The notes below the pieces were generated by a model. That model ran no database searches. It saw only the letters and a program-made list of their open reading frames with translations, and had not been told where the DNA came from. The position numbers and the translations under genes are program-made. From Vibrio alginolyticus NBRC 15630 = ATCC 17749 (lineage in GTDB: Bacteria > Pseudomonadota > Gammaproteobacteria > Enterobacterales > Vibrionaceae), in NCBI RefSeq assembly GCF_000354175.2, contig NC_022349.1:2460001-2492000 (forward strand): 32,000 bases of DNA, in the 5' to 3' direction. This document shows, piece after piece, positions 7,297 to 18,695 of the stretch. Each line of letters begins with the position of its first letter. Within the stretch, counting starts at the first letter, position 1.

Positions 7297-7612
7297 AGCG
7301 TCTCTAGAGCAATGCTGTTTGTCGATGGAAATGTTCACGTTTACCACCAAGAAGTTTGTGAGAGAAAACCCTTGGACGACATTAGGCATTAGTGCTGTCG
7401 TTGCCGTTACCGCAGCAAAAGCAGGTCGATTGTCTCGACTGACTTCTTCTATTTCGTCAATGGGGCTATTGGTTAGCAGCGTGTCTGATATTACCGATTC
7501 GCTCACAAAGCTGGTCGCGGCAGCTTCTCTGGATGAGTCAGATGCGGAGCAAAATGGAAATGCAGCAACACAAGTAAGCAACGCTGCGACGACAGAGGGC
7601 GAACCACTCTAA
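7241..7612 (+). CDS. YqjK-like protein
   Basis: Within ORF 7190..7612, the internal ATG 7241 has an AGGAGG SD at 7229-7234. The N-terminus MRSLQKLNRAMRIKRMEGKASLEQ plus one TM segment resembles E. coli YqjK. It overlaps the upstream gene by 56 nt. Confidence 0.55.
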   Translation: MRSLQKLNRAMRIKRMEGKASLEQCCLSMEMFTFTTKKFVRENPWTTLGISAVVAVTAAKAGRLSRLTSSISSMGLLVSSVSDITDSLTKLVAAASLDESDAEQNGNAATQVSNAATTEGEPL

Positions 7613-7657
7613 TAGCGGATTTCACCGCAAAATTTTCTTACCGATTCTGAGCTTATT

Positions 7658-8728
7658 ATGACAGCGAAATTGAACATTCCTGCCAACACTGCGATTGGTG
7701 CAACGCTTCTCGTCCTGTTACTCGTCCCAGGGCTGTATTTTGCCAAGCCAATATTGTTACCTATTGTGCTTAGCACCTTTATTTCTCTGCTGTGCAGCCC
7801 TTTCATTAATTATCTTGAAGACAAAGGTTTACCACGTGCTATTACCGTCGTGTTGACGCTGTCATTCCTCGTTGGCGCCTCAATTATTGGTCTTGCCGCC
7901 ATGTCGGAGCCCGCCAAGCAATGGTGGTCTGAGCTGCCCAGTATCGTGAAAAATGTGTCGCAAGAAGTAAGCGAAGTTACTAAAGCTTCGGCTGATCACC
8001 TTAATACTCCATTGAATATCGCCAACGATATGAGTATGGATGAGGTCGGGAACAACACCGTATTTTCTTTGGTAAAAACGCTCGCGACCACGACGCCGAC
8101 GATTTTGACACAAGCGATGATCGTGCTGTTTATGGTTTACTTTATGCTCAATCATGGACGAAGCTTATTTCGAAAGTCAGTGTCTTACTTACATGGGTTC
8201 GCCAAACAGCGCCAAGCGATTGAGTTGGTCAAAGCGCTACAGAAAGACCTATCTCGATACATTGGCACCATCACTTTAGTGAATGCTGGGCTGGGGTTGA
8301 GTGTCGGGGCCGTGTTTTTTGTTCTAGGCCTTGAAGATCCATTTCTATGGGGCGCATTTGCAGGCGTGATGAATTTTGCGCCGTACCTCGGCCCTGTCAT
8401 ATCCATGGTGAGCTTTGGCTTTGTTGCTTATCTTCAGTTGGAGTCGGTCAGTTTTATGCTGACGGTGGTGTCTATCTATTTACTGCTCAATTTGATTGAA
8501 AGTCAGTTTGTTACACCAACACTATTGGGGAAAAGGTTTAACTTAAACCCGTTAGTGATTTTTGTTTGGCTTGTTTTTTGGGGCTGGCTTTGGGGCGGAA
8601 TGGGACTATTGATCGGCGTGCCGTTACTGGTTTGTATCAATATTTTGGTTGATCGCCTAGAGCTATGCCAATCAACCCAAAATCAAGCAAAACAAATCAC
8701 CTCCGCGGACGTGGCACCGCGAGAGTGA
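7658..8728 (+). CDS. AI-2E family transporter (PerM/UPF0118)
   Basis: 356 aa polytopic membrane protein. The C-terminal pattern NFAPYLGP...ESQFVTPTLLGKRFNLNPLVIF...GGMGLLIGVPL is typical of the family. Confidence 0.75.
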   Translation: MTAKLNIPANTAIGATLLVLLLVPGLYFAKPILLPIVLSTFISLLCSPFINYLEDKGLPRAITVVLTLSFLVGASIIGLAAMSEPAKQWWSELPSIVKNVSQEVSEVTKASADHLNTPLNIANDMSMDEVGNNTVFSLVKTLATTTPTILTQAMIVLFMVYFMLNHGRSLFRKSVSYLHGFAKQRQAIELVKALQKDLSRYIGTITLVNAGLGLSVGAVFFVLGLEDPFLWGAFAGVMNFAPYLGPVISMVSFGFVAYLQLESVSFMLTVVSIYLLLNLIESQFVTPTLLGKRFNLNPLVIFVWLVFWGWLWGGMGLLIGVPLLVCINILVDRLELCQSTQNQAKQITSADVAPRE

Positions 8729-8746
8729 CTTGAGGAGCAAGCTGGT

Positions 8747-11194
8747 TCAACGAAACAGTTTTTCAGCGCTCACTGGCTGACTAAATAAATATCCCTGACC
8801 ATAAATACAGCCTTTTTCGAATAAATAATCGGCTTGTTCCCGAGTTTCTATCCCTTCCGCGACGACTTTCAACGACAGCGTTTTTCCCATGGCAATAATG
8901 GCATTCACAATCGCGTTGCTGTCGCTATTACTTGGGACATCACTGACAAATGAGCGGTCAATTTTCAGTTTGTTGATTGGCAAACCTTTCAAGTAAGACA
9001 AAGACGAATAGCCAGTTCCAAAGTCATCCAGAGAAATCTCAATACCCAGCTCTCGTAATTGATTTAACGATGCAATGGCTTGTTGAGGGTCGATCAGTAA
9101 AAAGCTCTCTGTGATCTCCAAATCTAACCGTTGGGCAGGGTATCCGGTGTTATCGAGGATAGTACTTAATCGCTGAATGAAATTTGACTGCTGAAGCTGC
9201 AACGCAGAAACATTGACGGCGATTTTGCCAAACTCGATGCCCTGGTCCAGCCAAGCATTACCTTGCAAACAAGCGTGTTGTAACACCCACTCACCAATGC
9301 TTTGAATCAGCCCTGTTTTTTCTGCAATTGGAATAAAGTCTGCTGGTGGTACAAGGCCAAACTCTGGATGCTGCCAGCGCAATAAAGCTTCCACGCCGAC
9401 AATCGTATTTTGTTCCAAATTGTATTGCGGTTGGAATTCTAACCGGAGTTGTTGTTTTTCTATTGCTTGATGCAAAGCGGATTGAATGCGTACATGGGAT
9501 ACGGATTTATCGGTCAAATCCGGTGAGTAAAACGCGTAGCCGTTGCGTCCATTTTTCTTCGCTAAGTACATCGCGGTGTCTGCGTTTTTCAGTAAGGTTT
9601 CACTGTCTTGACCGTCTCTTGGGTACAAGGCAATACCAATACTGGTCGAGACACGAAGTGAGTCGTGATTTGCTAAGTCGAATGGTTGCTGGAATACGCT
9701 TAGAATATCGCCGACGGTTTCCAGTAAGGCAACATCACTATAGATGTCTGGCAAAATAATCACAAATTCATCGCCGCCAATGCGAGCCACATGCGCATTG
9801 AGGTGAAGCACATCTTGCAGACGAATCGCTAACTTAGACAGCAATTGGTCACCACAGAAGTGGCCCATGCTATCGTTGATGTGTTTGAAATGGTCGATAT
9901 CTAAGAATAGGGTGGCAAACGTCTGCTGGTTTTTGTGTCCGGTTTCGATGTGTTGTTCGAGTAAGCTGAGTAAATGGGTGCGATTAGGTAGATTGGTTAA
10001 TGGATCGTAAAAAGCCATGCGCTGCAGCTTTTCTTCGTGTGCCTTACGCACAGAGATATCTTCAAACACACAAATGTAGTTAATAAGGTGGTTTTTATCG
10101 TCCATTACGGCGCTAATGGTCGCTAATTGCGGATAAATGCTGCCATCTTTCTTTCTGTTGATGAATTCGCCTTTCCATTGGCCTTTGTTTTCGAGTTGAT
10201 GCCACAACTGTTGATAGAAGCCTTGATCATGATGGCCTGAGCGCAGAATTCGTGGGTTTTTTCCTATCACCTCTTCAGAGCGGTAACCTGTAATTTGGGT
10301 AAAAGCCGTGTTTACATCAATGATGTTGGCATTGCGGTCTGTAATGACCATGCCTTCTTGCGAATTGTTGAAAATTTGGGACGCTAAGGAGAGCTGCGTT
10401 TCTACCATTTTTCGGCGGGTGATGTTACGTGTCATCCCCAGAATGCCGATTAAGTTTCCCGCATGATCACGGACAGGAGACTTAATGGTTTCTAGCCAAG
10501 TGGGGTTATTGTTTTCATCAATTTGACGGCATTCTTCAACAATATTTTGCGTGCCAGTGGCTACCACCAATTTATCGGCATCAATGAATTTTTCCGCACG
10601 TTCATGGCTAAACAGGGCAAAATCGTCTTTTCCAATGATTTCACTGTTGGTTTTTTGCCACGCGTTTTCTACGCTTCGGTTGGTCATCGAATAAAGGCCA
10701 TCCATGCCTTTTATCCATACGTGGTCTTCAAGGCAGTCGATAAACTCTTGTAGTGTTGGTGTTGGCTTTATTTCCGCGCTTTGATGTCGCGTTTGTTCTT
10801 GCTGACAGTGCAAGTTGATATCAAAGCTGATCCGCCCCGCGATTGCGCTTAGCCATGCCGAAACAACCGTCGATTGATCATTAGGGTGAGTCAATGTCAG
10901 TACGGCAAGCAATTCGCCATTAGGTAGCCAAATCGGTCCTATGCTCAAGGTTTGCTCTTCAAAAGGGGTATGGCTAACTGTAAAATCTGTCGGCGTAAAG
11001 TGATCGACAACTTGCGTTATCACATCGACGATAGCACGATGATTTTGGGTTGAGGTGGACACCTCAGTCGATAGCCACTGCTGAGTATCGCTCAGAGTAT
11101 AAAGCTGTCCCTGAGCTTGAGTTACATCACAGCATTGTCGCAGAACGTGTTGCCAGTCTGCCATCAAAGGCGAAGGAATAGCGAAGCGAAACAT
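8747..11194 (-). CDS. PAS-GGDEF-EAL signalling protein (c-di-GMP cyclase/phosphodiesterase)
   Basis: 815 aa. PAS-like segments. GGDEF active site RIGGDEFVI. EAL motifs EALLRW, DDFGTGYSSL and KIDRSF. Confidence 0.9.
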   Translation of the reverse strand: MFRFAIPSPLMADWQHVLRQCCDVTQAQGQLYTLSDTQQWLSTEVSTSTQNHRAIVDVITQVVDHFTPTDFTVSHTPFEEQTLSIGPIWLPNGELLAVLTLTHPNDQSTVVSAWLSAIAGRISFDINLHCQQEQTRHQSAEIKPTPTLQEFIDCLEDHVWIKGMDGLYSMTNRSVENAWQKTNSEIIGKDDFALFSHERAEKFIDADKLVVATGTQNIVEECRQIDENNNPTWLETIKSPVRDHAGNLIGILGMTRNITRRKMVETQLSLASQIFNNSQEGMVITDRNANIIDVNTAFTQITGYRSEEVIGKNPRILRSGHHDQGFYQQLWHQLENKGQWKGEFINRKKDGSIYPQLATISAVMDDKNHLINYICVFEDISVRKAHEEKLQRMAFYDPLTNLPNRTHLLSLLEQHIETGHKNQQTFATLFLDIDHFKHINDSMGHFCGDQLLSKLAIRLQDVLHLNAHVARIGGDEFVIILPDIYSDVALLETVGDILSVFQQPFDLANHDSLRVSTSIGIALYPRDGQDSETLLKNADTAMYLAKKNGRNGYAFYSPDLTDKSVSHVRIQSALHQAIEKQQLRLEFQPQYNLEQNTIVGVEALLRWQHPEFGLVPPADFIPIAEKTGLIQSIGEWVLQHACLQGNAWLDQGIEFGKIAVNVSALQLQQSNFIQRLSTILDNTGYPAQRLDLEITESFLLIDPQQAIASLNQLRELGIEISLDDFGTGYSSLSYLKGLPINKLKIDRSFVSDVPSNSDSNAIVNAIIAMGKTLSLKVVAEGIETREQADYLFEKGCIYGQGYLFSQPVSAEKLFR

Positions 11195-11388
11195 AATTAA
11201 TAACGAGTCCTAAATCGCCCAAAGGTAATTATATTAGAATCTAGCGTAAGCTATTGGGCTTTGTGAGTATCGTATCCAACGCGTAGCTAAATCCTAGCAG
11301 CGTAAAGTGCTTTCTATCATTAAAATGTTATCTATATCTCTTTTTTATCCAACTTATTGCATCGTTTTTTAGGGCTTTTGATAGGTGA

Positions 11389-12294
11389 TTAAGAAGCGTT
11401 TACCGCTTTGGTTTTCTTGCCCCATGAGACTTGCTGAATGACTAAGCCACTGATGATCAACACCAGGCCAATCAAGGTTGAAGGATGAATTTCTTCGCCG
11501 ATGATAGTAGCTAACAACATGAGTGAGATAAATGGAGAAGCAAAGATCAGATTACTGATACGCGCGGTGTTTTGCGTTGATTTGAGTGCGCTCAGCCACA
11601 AAACGAAAGTGATCCCCATTTCAAACAGTCCGACATACGTCACCGCTGCCCAGCCTTTAGCTGAGATCATCTGCCAGTTCGCACCTTCATAAAGACTTAA
11701 ACCAATGGCGAATGGAATAGCGACCAAAAAGCCGAGCAGAACGCCAACCACAGGGTCGGCCTTATTTTTGGTATTTAAAATCCAGTAACCGGCCCACAGC
11801 AGCGTTGATAGCAGCGCAAGACCAACACCCAACGGGCTCTCAAATTCCATGCCTAAAAGATTGCCTTGTGTGGCAATCACTATCACGCCGACATAACTAA
11901 AACCGCAAGCCAGCCAGTCCTTACCACGGATCTTTTGTCCTAAGAAAACAGCGGCCATTAGCGTTAAGGTGATGGCCCAGCTGTAGTTGATCGCTTGAGC
12001 CTGAGATGCGGGCAGCAAGTCATATGCTTTGAACAGAATAACGTAATACGCCAAAGGGTTAATCAACCCAAGCAGTAGGTAATACCAAGGGTTTGAGAAA
12101 AATGTAGCGCTTAACTGGCCCAGTTTACCTTGCACACCACAGATTACTGTTAGCGCAATCGCAGAGACGATGCTGGCAATGCATAGCATTTGAATCGGCG
12201 TAAATTCTGCCAACGTGAGTTTAAATGCGGTTGCAACGGTAGACCAAAGTAATACTGCTGAGAGCCCAAATCCTAGGGCGCGACGCTCGTTCAT
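11389..12294 (-). CDS. EamA/DMT-superfamily transporter
   Basis: Ten-TM-like hydrophobic profile. I chose the internal ATG at 12294 (MNERRALGFGLSAVLLWS...), which has a GCAGAGG SD, over ORF-track start 12405. Confidence 0.75.
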   Translation of the reverse strand: MNERRALGFGLSAVLLWSTVATAFKLTLAEFTPIQMLCIASIVSAIALTVICGVQGKLGQLSATFFSNPWYYLLLGLINPLAYYVILFKAYDLLPASQAQAINYSWAITLTLMAAVFLGQKIRGKDWLACGFSYVGVIVIATQGNLLGMEFESPLGVGLALLSTLLWAGYWILNTKNKADPVVGVLLGFLVAIPFAIGLSLYEGANWQMISAKGWAAVTYVGLFEMGITFVLWLSALKSTQNTARISNLIFASPFISLMLLATIIGEEIHPSTLIGLVLIISGLVIQQVSWGKKTKAVNAS

Positions 12295-12462
12295 GATGCC
12301 TCTGCGTGATGATGTGCCGCTCGGTTTGGATAATTTGAGCGGAAGAAAGAATATTATAGGAAGGCCTAGTGTATGCGAGGATTTTTCATCCAACAAACTG
12401 GACATTTATCCAGTGTCTAAATACCATTGTTATAGATACAAAACACAGGCTAACTCGCTATT

Positions 12463-13995
12463 ATGCAATGGATTCTTGAGTACCAATCTCTCATTCTCTC
12501 TTCTCTTTGTGCTGCCACGCTTAGTGGTGTCGCTGCCGGTTGGTGGGTGAAACAGCGTTTTATCACCCAAACTCAGCTTCTCGAGCAACAACTTGTTTCA
12601 GAAAAACAGCTTCATCAACAGCAACTTGAACAGGTCAAGCAAAGCCTTGCCGATGCCCAGCAAGAGTTGGATGAATTAGATGATGAGCGCGATAAAGCCG
12701 CGTTTGAAGTGCGTCAAACGCACGGAAAGCTGATGGCAGCTATGGAAAAACTGCGTTACTTCGAGGCCGTAAAGCAAGAGCGCCAGCAATACTTCGATGA
12801 GCTTGGTCAAATGCGTGAACACAAATCACGTCTAGAAACGCAACTGCGTGAACAGCAAGCTCGCCATGAGCAAATTAACCAAGCCAATGCAGAAAAACTG
12901 CAAATTTTAGAACAAGCGGAAGCACGCTTGAAACAACAATTTGAGCACTTGGCAAATCAACTGTTTGAAGAAAAAACCGCGAAGGTCGATTTGCAAAACC
13001 GTCAGAGTTTAGAAGGCTTGTTGTCACCGCTTAGAGAACAGTTAGAAGGGTTCAAAAAGCACGTTAATGACAGCTTTAGCCAAGAAGCTAAAGAGCGCCA
13101 TACCTTAGTGCATGAGCTGAAAAACCTGCAACGTTTGAACGAGCAAATGACGCGCGAAGCAGTTAATTTGACCCAAGCGTTGAAAGGGGACAACAAACAA
13201 CAAGGTAACTGGGGCGAAGTGGTGCTCGCTAGGGTACTTGCCGAATCTGGCTTGCGTGAAGGGCACGAATATCAGACTCAGGTGAACTTACAAAATGAAG
13301 CAGGCAAGCGTTACCAACCTGATGTCATTGTTCATCTCCCACAAAACAAACAAGTGGTTGTGGATTCTAAAATGGCGCTGGTTGCCTATGAGCGCTACTT
13401 CAACGCCGAAACTGATGCTGAGCGCGATCAGGCTTTGAATGCGCATTTAGCCGCTCTACGTGCACATATCAAAGGGTTAAGCATGAAGGACTACCACAAA
13501 CTCAAAGGTATTCAGAGTTTGGACTATGTTCTGATGTTTATCCCGGTTGAGCCGGCGTTCCAAGTCGCGATTCAAGCCGATCCAAGTTTGATCAAAGACG
13601 CGATGGAGCAAAACATCATTTTGGTGAGCCCAACAACGTTGCTGGTGGCATTGCGCACCATTGATAATCTATGGCGCAATGAACGCCAAAATGAAAACGC
13701 CAAAATGATTGCGCAGCGTGCGACAAAACTCTACGACAAATTACGATTGTTTGTAGACGACATGGAGGGGCTCGGTGGTGCGCTGGATAAGGCGAATCAA
13801 AGCTATCAAGGTGCGATGAACAAGCTTGCCACAGGGCGCGGAAATGTGATTCGCCAAGCCGAAAGCTTTAAACACTTGGGAGTTGAAATTAAACGACCGA
13901 TTTCTTCCGACCTCGCGCAGTTAGCGCAGAGTGATGCATTTTCAGAAAATGACCCGTTAGTAGAAAGACATCCGGCTGAGGATAAAGTAAACTAA
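12463..13995 (+). CDS. rmuC: DNA recombination protein RmuC
   Basis: 510 aa. Long blocks nearly identical to E. coli RmuC, for example [34 protein letters not shown] and [15 protein letters not shown]. Confidence 0.92.
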   Translation: MQWILEYQSLILSSLCAATLSGVAAGWWVKQRFITQTQLLEQQLVSEKQLHQQQLEQVKQSLADAQQELDELDDERDKAAFEVRQTHGKLMAAMEKLRYFEAVKQERQQYFDELGQMREHKSRLETQLREQQARHEQINQANAEKLQILEQAEARLKQQFEHLANQLFEEKTAKVDLQNRQSLEGLLSPLREQLEGFKKHVNDSFSQEAKERHTLVHELKNLQRLNEQMTREAVNLTQALKGDNKQQGNWGEVVLARVLAESGLREGHEYQTQVNLQNEAGKRYQPDVIVHLPQNKQVVVDSKMALVAYERYFNAETDAERDQALNAHLAALRAHIKGLSMKDYHKLKGIQSLDYVLMFIPVEPAFQVAIQADPSLIKDAMEQNIILVSPTTLLVALRTIDNLWRNERQNENAKMIAQRATKLYDKLRLFVDDMEGLGGALDKANQSYQGAMNKLATGRGNVIRQAESFKHLGVEIKRPISSDLAQLAQSDAFSENDPLVERHPAEDKVN

Positions 13996-14026
13996 TCGCC
14001 CGCAGTGCAGTGGGCGATTTTATTTG
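13994..14026 (+). terminator. rho-independent terminator after rmuC
   Basis: ATCGCCC-loop-GGGCGAT stem-loop followed by TTTTATTTG. Confidence 0.6.
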
Positions 14027-14072
14027 TCAACAAACGCCCCGTAGAGGAAAGCGCTGCCTAAGAGGAATTAGA

Positions 14073-14852
14073 ATGACGGACACAAGTTTGCAATCCAATA
14101 CAGCGTTAGAGAATGAAACCACTCACTTTGGTTTCTCTACAGTGGCAAAAGACGAAAAAGTGACTAAGGTTGCCGAAGTATTCCACTCCGTGGCAACAAA
14201 ATACGACATCATGAATGACCTGATGTCAGGTGGTATTCACCGCCTTTGGAAGCGCTTCACTATCGATTGTAGTGGCGCTCGCCCTGGCCAACGTATTCTT
14301 GACCTAGGTGGTGGTACGGGGGATTTGACGGCGAAATTCTCGCGCATTGTTGGCGATGAAGGCCATGTCATCCTTGCCGATATCAATAACTCAATGCTTA
14401 ACGTTGGTCGCGATAAACTGCGTGATAACGGTATTGTGGGTAACGTGCATTACGTTCAAGCCAACGCAGAAGAACTGCCGTTCCCAGATGATTATTTTGA
14501 TGTCATCACCATCAGTTTTTGTTTGCGTAATGTGACTGACAAAGACAAAGCGCTTCGTTCAATGTTCCGCGTACTGAAGCCAGGCGGCCGTCTATTGGTG
14601 TTGGAATTTTCAAAACCAGTGCTAGAGCCGTTATCGAAAGTATACGACGCATATTCATTCCACTTGTTGCCGAGAATCGGTGAGCTAGTTGCGAATGACT
14701 CAGAGAGTTACCGCTACCTAGCGGAGTCAATCCGTATGCATCCAGACCAAGAAACGCTGGAAGGCATGATGCAAGAAGCAGGTTTTGAAAACACCAAATA
14801 CTACAACTTAACTGGTGGTATTGTGGCTTTGCATCGCGGTTATAAATTCTAA
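14073..14852 (+). CDS. ubiE: demethylmenaquinone/ubiquinone C-methyltransferase UbiE
   Basis: Internal ATG 14073 with AGAGGA SD. Motifs [20 protein letters not shown] and the SAM motif LDLGGGTGD. Followed by ubiJ and ubiB as in E. coli. Confidence 0.92.
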   Translation: MTDTSLQSNTALENETTHFGFSTVAKDEKVTKVAEVFHSVATKYDIMNDLMSGGIHRLWKRFTIDCSGARPGQRILDLGGGTGDLTAKFSRIVGDEGHVILADINNSMLNVGRDKLRDNGIVGNVHYVQANAEELPFPDDYFDVITISFCLRNVTDKDKALRSMFRVLKPGGRLLVLEFSKPVLEPLSKVYDAYSFHLLPRIGELVANDSESYRYLAESIRMHPDQETLEGMMQEAGFENTKYYNLTGGIVALHRGYKF

Positions 14853-14863
14853 GGGTTAACGGC

Positions 14864-15499
14864 ATGCCATTTGAACCACTTATCACCGCTGTGATTGAAA
14901 CGTCACTGAATACACTGATCAAAGACGACCCTGCATTGGGCCGTCGTTTAGCGCGTCTAAAAGGTCAAGTTATTCAAGTTCACCTGAAAGAGATCAATAA
15001 AACACTGACATTCGTTTTTAGTCAGCAAATTGATGTGCTTGGTCATTACGAAGGGCAGCCTAACTGCTATCTATCGCTCAACTTGAGTGTGTTACCAGAG
15101 CTGCGCGATCAGGCCAACATCACTCGTCTTATTAAACAAGATAAACTTGAACTCGAAGGCGATATTCAATTGGCGCAGAAATTCTCTCAGTTGATGGTGG
15201 ATTGCAAACCAGATGTTGAAGAGTGGTTGTCTCGCGTGACTGGCGATGTCGCCGCACATACCTTTGTGCAAGGTTCAAAAAACATCGGCAACTTTCTTGC
15301 GTCTCAAGCAGAAAAACACCAGCGTCATCTTGCGCAAGTAGTGACTGAAGAATGGAAACTGGCTCCCGCTCCGTTAGAAGTGGCCTATTTCTGCGACCAA
15401 GTTGATGAGGTTCGCAGCCAGGCTTCTCGTATTGAAGCTCGTTTAACGGCTTTGCTGAATAAGCTGGATGCAGATAAGCCTGCATTGGAGAAACCATGA
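14864..15499 (+). CDS. ubiJ: ubiquinone biosynthesis accessory factor UbiJ (YigP, SCP2 domain)
   Basis: 211 aa between ubiE and ubiB. Its stop overlaps the ubiB start (ATGA). The position is conserved with E. coli yigP. Confidence 0.8.
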   Translation: MPFEPLITAVIETSLNTLIKDDPALGRRLARLKGQVIQVHLKEINKTLTFVFSQQIDVLGHYEGQPNCYLSLNLSVLPELRDQANITRLIKQDKLELEGDIQLAQKFSQLMVDCKPDVEEWLSRVTGDVAAHTFVQGSKNIGNFLASQAEKHQRHLAQVVTEEWKLAPAPLEVAYFCDQVDEVRSQASRIEARLTALLNKLDADKPALEKP

Positions 15500-17130
15500 C
15501 GCCAGCAGAACTAAAGCGCTTATACCACATCGCCAAAGTACAACTGGAATACGGCTTAGATGAGCTGCTTCCCGATCACCAACTGACCAAAGCGCCGCTT
15601 TTACTGCGCAAAAGCTTGTTTTGGATTAAGAACAAGCACCCAGAAAAACCACTCGGTGAACGTCTGCGTTTAGCACTGCAAGAGCTGGGGCCGGTTTGGA
15701 TTAAGTTCGGTCAGATGATGTCGACGCGCCGTGACTTATTTCCTCCGCATATCGCTGATCCCCTAGCTTTACTTCAAGACCAAGTCGCGCCTTTTGATGG
15801 CGAGTTGGCAAAAAAGCAGATGGAGCAAGCATTAGGTGGTCCGTTAGAAAAATGGTTTACCGAGTTTGATATCAAACCACTGGCGTCTGCGTCGATTGCT
15901 CAGGTACATACTGCGCGCATAAAAGACACTAACCAAGAAGTGGTATTAAAGGTTATCCGCCCAGATATTCGCCCAGTCATTGATTCAGATCTAAAACTGA
16001 TGCACCGAATGGCGCGTATAGTCGCCGGAGCGATGCCTGAAGCACGTCGTTTAAAACCAGTTGAAGTCGTGCGTGAGTACGAGAAAACCCTGCTTGATGA
16101 ACTCGACTTGCGACGTGAGGCGGCGAATGCCATTCAGTTGCGCCGCAACTTTGAAGGCAGCGAAGAATTATATGTTCCTGAAGTTTTTCCCGACTTCAGT
16201 AATGAAACTGTCATGGTTTCTGAGCGAATATATGGCATTCAAGTCTCTGATATTGAAGGCTTGAAAGCAAATGGCACCAATATGAAATTGCTCGCGGAAC
16301 GCGGTGTGAGTGTGTTCTTCACTCAGGTGTTCCGAGACAGCTTTTTCCATGCCGATATGCATCCGGGTAATGTGTTCGTCAAACCCGAACATCCAGAGAA
16401 CCCAATGTGGATAGGGCTAGATTGCGGAATCGTTGGTACACTTAATAGCGAAGACAAGCGTTATCTGGCGGAAAACTTCCTGGCGTTTTTCAATCGTGAC
16501 TACCGCCGAGTGGCGGAGTTACATGTGGATTCAGGGTGGGTGCCTGCGGATACCAATGTCGATGAGTTTGAGTTCGCGATTCGCATTGTGTGTGAGCCTA
16601 TTTTTGCTAAGCCATTGTGCGAAATCTCCTTTGGTCATGTGTTGTTGAATTTGTTCAACACGGCACGTCGATTCAATATGGAGGTTCAGCCACAACTTGT
16701 ACTGTTGCAAAAAACGCTGTTGTACGTGGAAGGGCTTGGTAGGCAGCTATATCCTCAACTTGATTTGTGGGAGACCGCAAAACCATTCCTGGAAGAATGG
16801 ATGATGAATCAAGTTGGGCCGCAAGCTCTAGTGAATGCGATTAAAGACCGCGCACCATTTTGGGCAGAGAAATTACCTGAACTGCCAGAGCTACTTTACG
16901 ATAGCCTGAAACAAGGTAAAGCGATGAACCAACGTATGGATCAGCTTTACCAAGGGTATCGTCAGAGCAAGCGCCAGCAGGCGACAGGAAAGTTTTTGTT
17001 TGGCGTTGGCGCGACTTTAGTCGTATGCTCGGCAATATTGGTGAACGATGCTTTTGAGCAGCTTTCGTTGGCCTGCGGTATCGCAGGTGTCACATTTTGG
17101 CTGCTTAGTTGGCGAGCTTATCGTCAATAG
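15496..17130 (+). CDS. ubiB: ubiquinone biosynthesis regulatory kinase-like protein UbiB
   Basis: 544 aa. ABC1/UbiB motifs [27 protein letters not shown] and HADMHPGN. Two C-terminal TM helices. Confidence 0.92.
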   Translation: MTPAELKRLYHIAKVQLEYGLDELLPDHQLTKAPLLLRKSLFWIKNKHPEKPLGERLRLALQELGPVWIKFGQMMSTRRDLFPPHIADPLALLQDQVAPFDGELAKKQMEQALGGPLEKWFTEFDIKPLASASIAQVHTARIKDTNQEVVLKVIRPDIRPVIDSDLKLMHRMARIVAGAMPEARRLKPVEVVREYEKTLLDELDLRREAANAIQLRRNFEGSEELYVPEVFPDFSNETVMVSERIYGIQVSDIEGLKANGTNMKLLAERGVSVFFTQVFRDSFFHADMHPGNVFVKPEHPENPMWIGLDCGIVGTLNSEDKRYLAENFLAFFNRDYRRVAELHVDSGWVPADTNVDEFEFAIRIVCEPIFAKPLCEISFGHVLLNLFNTARRFNMEVQPQLVLLQKTLLYVEGLGRQLYPQLDLWETAKPFLEEWMMNQVGPQALVNAIKDRAPFWAEKLPELPELLYDSLKQGKAMNQRMDQLYQGYRQSKRQQATGKFLFGVGATLVVCSAILVNDAFEQLSLACGIAGVTFWLLSWRAYRQ

Positions 17131-17182
17131 ACGTTAAACTCTTGAAATATTTTTGTTTGTTTAAAGACCCGAGGTAAAGAGA

Positions 17183-17428
17183 ATGGGTGGTATCAGTGTT
17201 TGGCAACTTCTAATCATTGCTGTAATTGTTGTATTGCTATTCGGAACAAAGAAACTACGCGGTATCGGTGGCGATCTGGGTGGTGCCGTTAAGGGCTTCA
17301 AAAAAGCGATGAGCGAAGATGAACCTGCGAAAAATGACAAAGACGCAGACTTCGAACCAAAAAGTCTAGAAGAGCAGCAGAAAAAAGAAGCTGCTCCTGA
17401 AACGAAAAAAGACAAAGAGCAGGCGTAA
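17183..17428 (+). CDS. tatA: twin-arginine translocase subunit TatA
   Basis: [27 protein letters not shown]-terminus typical of TatA. Followed by tatB and tatC. Confidence 0.92.
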   Translation: MGGISVWQLLIIAVIVVLLFGTKKLRGIGGDLGGAVKGFKKAMSEDEPAKNDKDADFEPKSLEEQQKKEAAPETKKDKEQA

Positions 17429-17431
17429 AAC

Positions 17432-17830
17432 GTGTTTGATATCGGTTTTTGGGAACTGGTATTAATATCTGTTGTTGGTCTGGTCGTTCTTGGGCCGGAG
17501 CGTTTGCCTCATGCTATTCGCAGCGTGTCTCGCTTTATCGGTGCCGCTAAGAGTATGGCAAATAGCGTCAAAGACGAATTGTCACACGAGCTGAAAGTCC
17601 AAGAGCTGCAAGAAAACTTGCGCAAAGCAGAACAAATGGGGATGGATGATTTATCCCCTGAGTTGAAATCTTCAGTTGAAGAGTTGAAGAAGGCAGCGCA
17701 ATCTGTAAATCGTCCTTACGCAAAGAACACCGATTCAGAGGCTGAGCCTGTAAAAACAGAGCCAGCAGCAGAAAAGGTAGAGAAAGCGGAAGAGAGCAAG
17801 GTTACAGCGGCAGATAAGAAAGCCGAATAG
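17432..17830 (+). CDS. tatB: twin-arginine translocase subunit TatB
   Basis: GTG start. (M)[25 protein letters not shown] matches the E. coli TatB N-terminus. Confidence 0.9.
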   Translation: MFDIGFWELVLISVVGLVVLGPERLPHAIRSVSRFIGAAKSMANSVKDELSHELKVQELQENLRKAEQMGMDDLSPELKSSVEELKKAAQSVNRPYAKNTDSEAEPVKTEPAAEKVEKAEESKVTAADKKAE

Positions 17831-17841
17831 TCTCATTAGGA

Positions 17842-17871
17842 GGAGCTACTAGTGATTGGTAGCTCCTTTTT
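17842..17871 (+). terminator. intra-operon stem-loop with U-tract between tatB and tatC (possible attenuator)
   Basis: GGAGCTAC (17842-17849) pairs with GTAGCTCC (17859-17866), followed by TTTTT. Confidence 0.5.
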
Positions 17872-17898
17872 GATCTGGTTTTTAATAAGAGGTTTGCC

Positions 17899-18651
17899 AT
17901 GTCTACCGTCGAGCAGACACAACCTTTAATTAGTCATTTGTTGGAGCTTCGCAACCGACTACTGCGCTCAATCCTCGCAGTGTTGGTCGTGTTTGTCGGA
18001 CTAATTTATTTCTCTAACCACATTTACGAGTTTGTTTCCGCACCTTTAGTAGAACGTCTACCTGAAGGCGCGACCATGATTGCTACGGATGTAGCGTCAC
18101 CTTTTTTTACGCCACTTAAGCTGACGTTAATTGCTTCGGTATTTATTGCGGTGCCGTTTATTTTGTATCAAGTTTGGGCCTTTGTAGCGCCAGGTTTGTA
18201 CAAGCATGAACGTCGATTGATCATGCCACTGCTGTTCTCTAGTTCGCTATTGTTCTACTGTGGAGTGGCATTTGCCTACTTCGTGGTATTTCCATTGGTG
18301 TTTGGCTTCTTTACCGCCATCTCTCTTGGTGGAGTAGAGTTTGCAACTGATATCTCGAGTTATCTCGACTTTGTGCTGGCGCTATTTATGGCGTTTGGTA
18401 TCGCATTTGAGGTGCCTGTTGCGATTATTTTGTTGTGTTGGACTGGGGCCACTACACCAGAAGATTTAAGACAGAAACGTCCTTATATTATAGTGGCTGC
18501 GTTTGTCGTAGGTATGGTGTTAACGCCACCAGACATGATCTCGCAAACCTTACTCGCTATTCCGATGTGTTTACTGTTTGAAGTCGGTTTGTTCTTCGCG
18601 CGTTTTTATACTCGTCGAAGCGAAGAAGTAGAAGCGGAAACCGAAGAATAA
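17899..18651 (+). CDS. tatC: twin-arginine translocase subunit TatC
   Basis: 250 aa, six-TM profile. Motifs [10 protein letters not shown] and PPD..SQ typical of TatC. Confidence 0.92.
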   Translation: MSTVEQTQPLISHLLELRNRLLRSILAVLVVFVGLIYFSNHIYEFVSAPLVERLPEGATMIATDVASPFFTPLKLTLIASVFIAVPFILYQVWAFVAPGLYKHERRLIMPLLFSSSLLFYCGVAFAYFVVFPLVFGFFTAISLGGVEFATDISSYLDFVLALFMAFGIAFEVPVAIILLCWTGATTPEDLRQKRPYIIVAAFVVGMVLTPPDMISQTLLAIPMCLLFEVGLFFARFYTRRSEEVEAETEE

Positions 18652-18695
18652 GGCTAATCTAGTGACCCGTCCTGATATGGGTTGACACTTTTTAA

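Noticed and set aside
7020-7307. ORF 7020..7307, and the long N-terminal version of ORF 7190..7612
   Set aside because: ORF 7020..7307 is an alternative frame inside the yqjE-like membrane protein. For the third gene, the internal ATG 7241 has a perfect AGGAGG SD, whereas 7190 has none.
9346-10753. Plus-strand ORFs 9346..9759 and 10523..10753
   Set aside because: Antisense within the 815-aa PAS-GGDEF-EAL gene.
12215-12550. ORF 12215..12550 (+), and the 37-codon N-terminal extension of the EamA ORF (start 12405)
   Set aside because: The plus-strand ORF spans the divergent promoter region and overlaps both real genes. The extension lacks an SD and adds a non-membrane leader, while ATG 12294 has an SD and starts at the first TM helix.
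14010-14072. Upstream start (14010) for ubiE
   Set aside because: It overlaps the rmuC terminator. ATG 14073 has an AGAGGA SD and gives the conserved UbiE N-terminus.
14512-15536. Minus-strand ORFs 14512..14922 and 15132..15536
   Set aside because: Antisense to ubiE, ubiJ and ubiB. No supporting signals.
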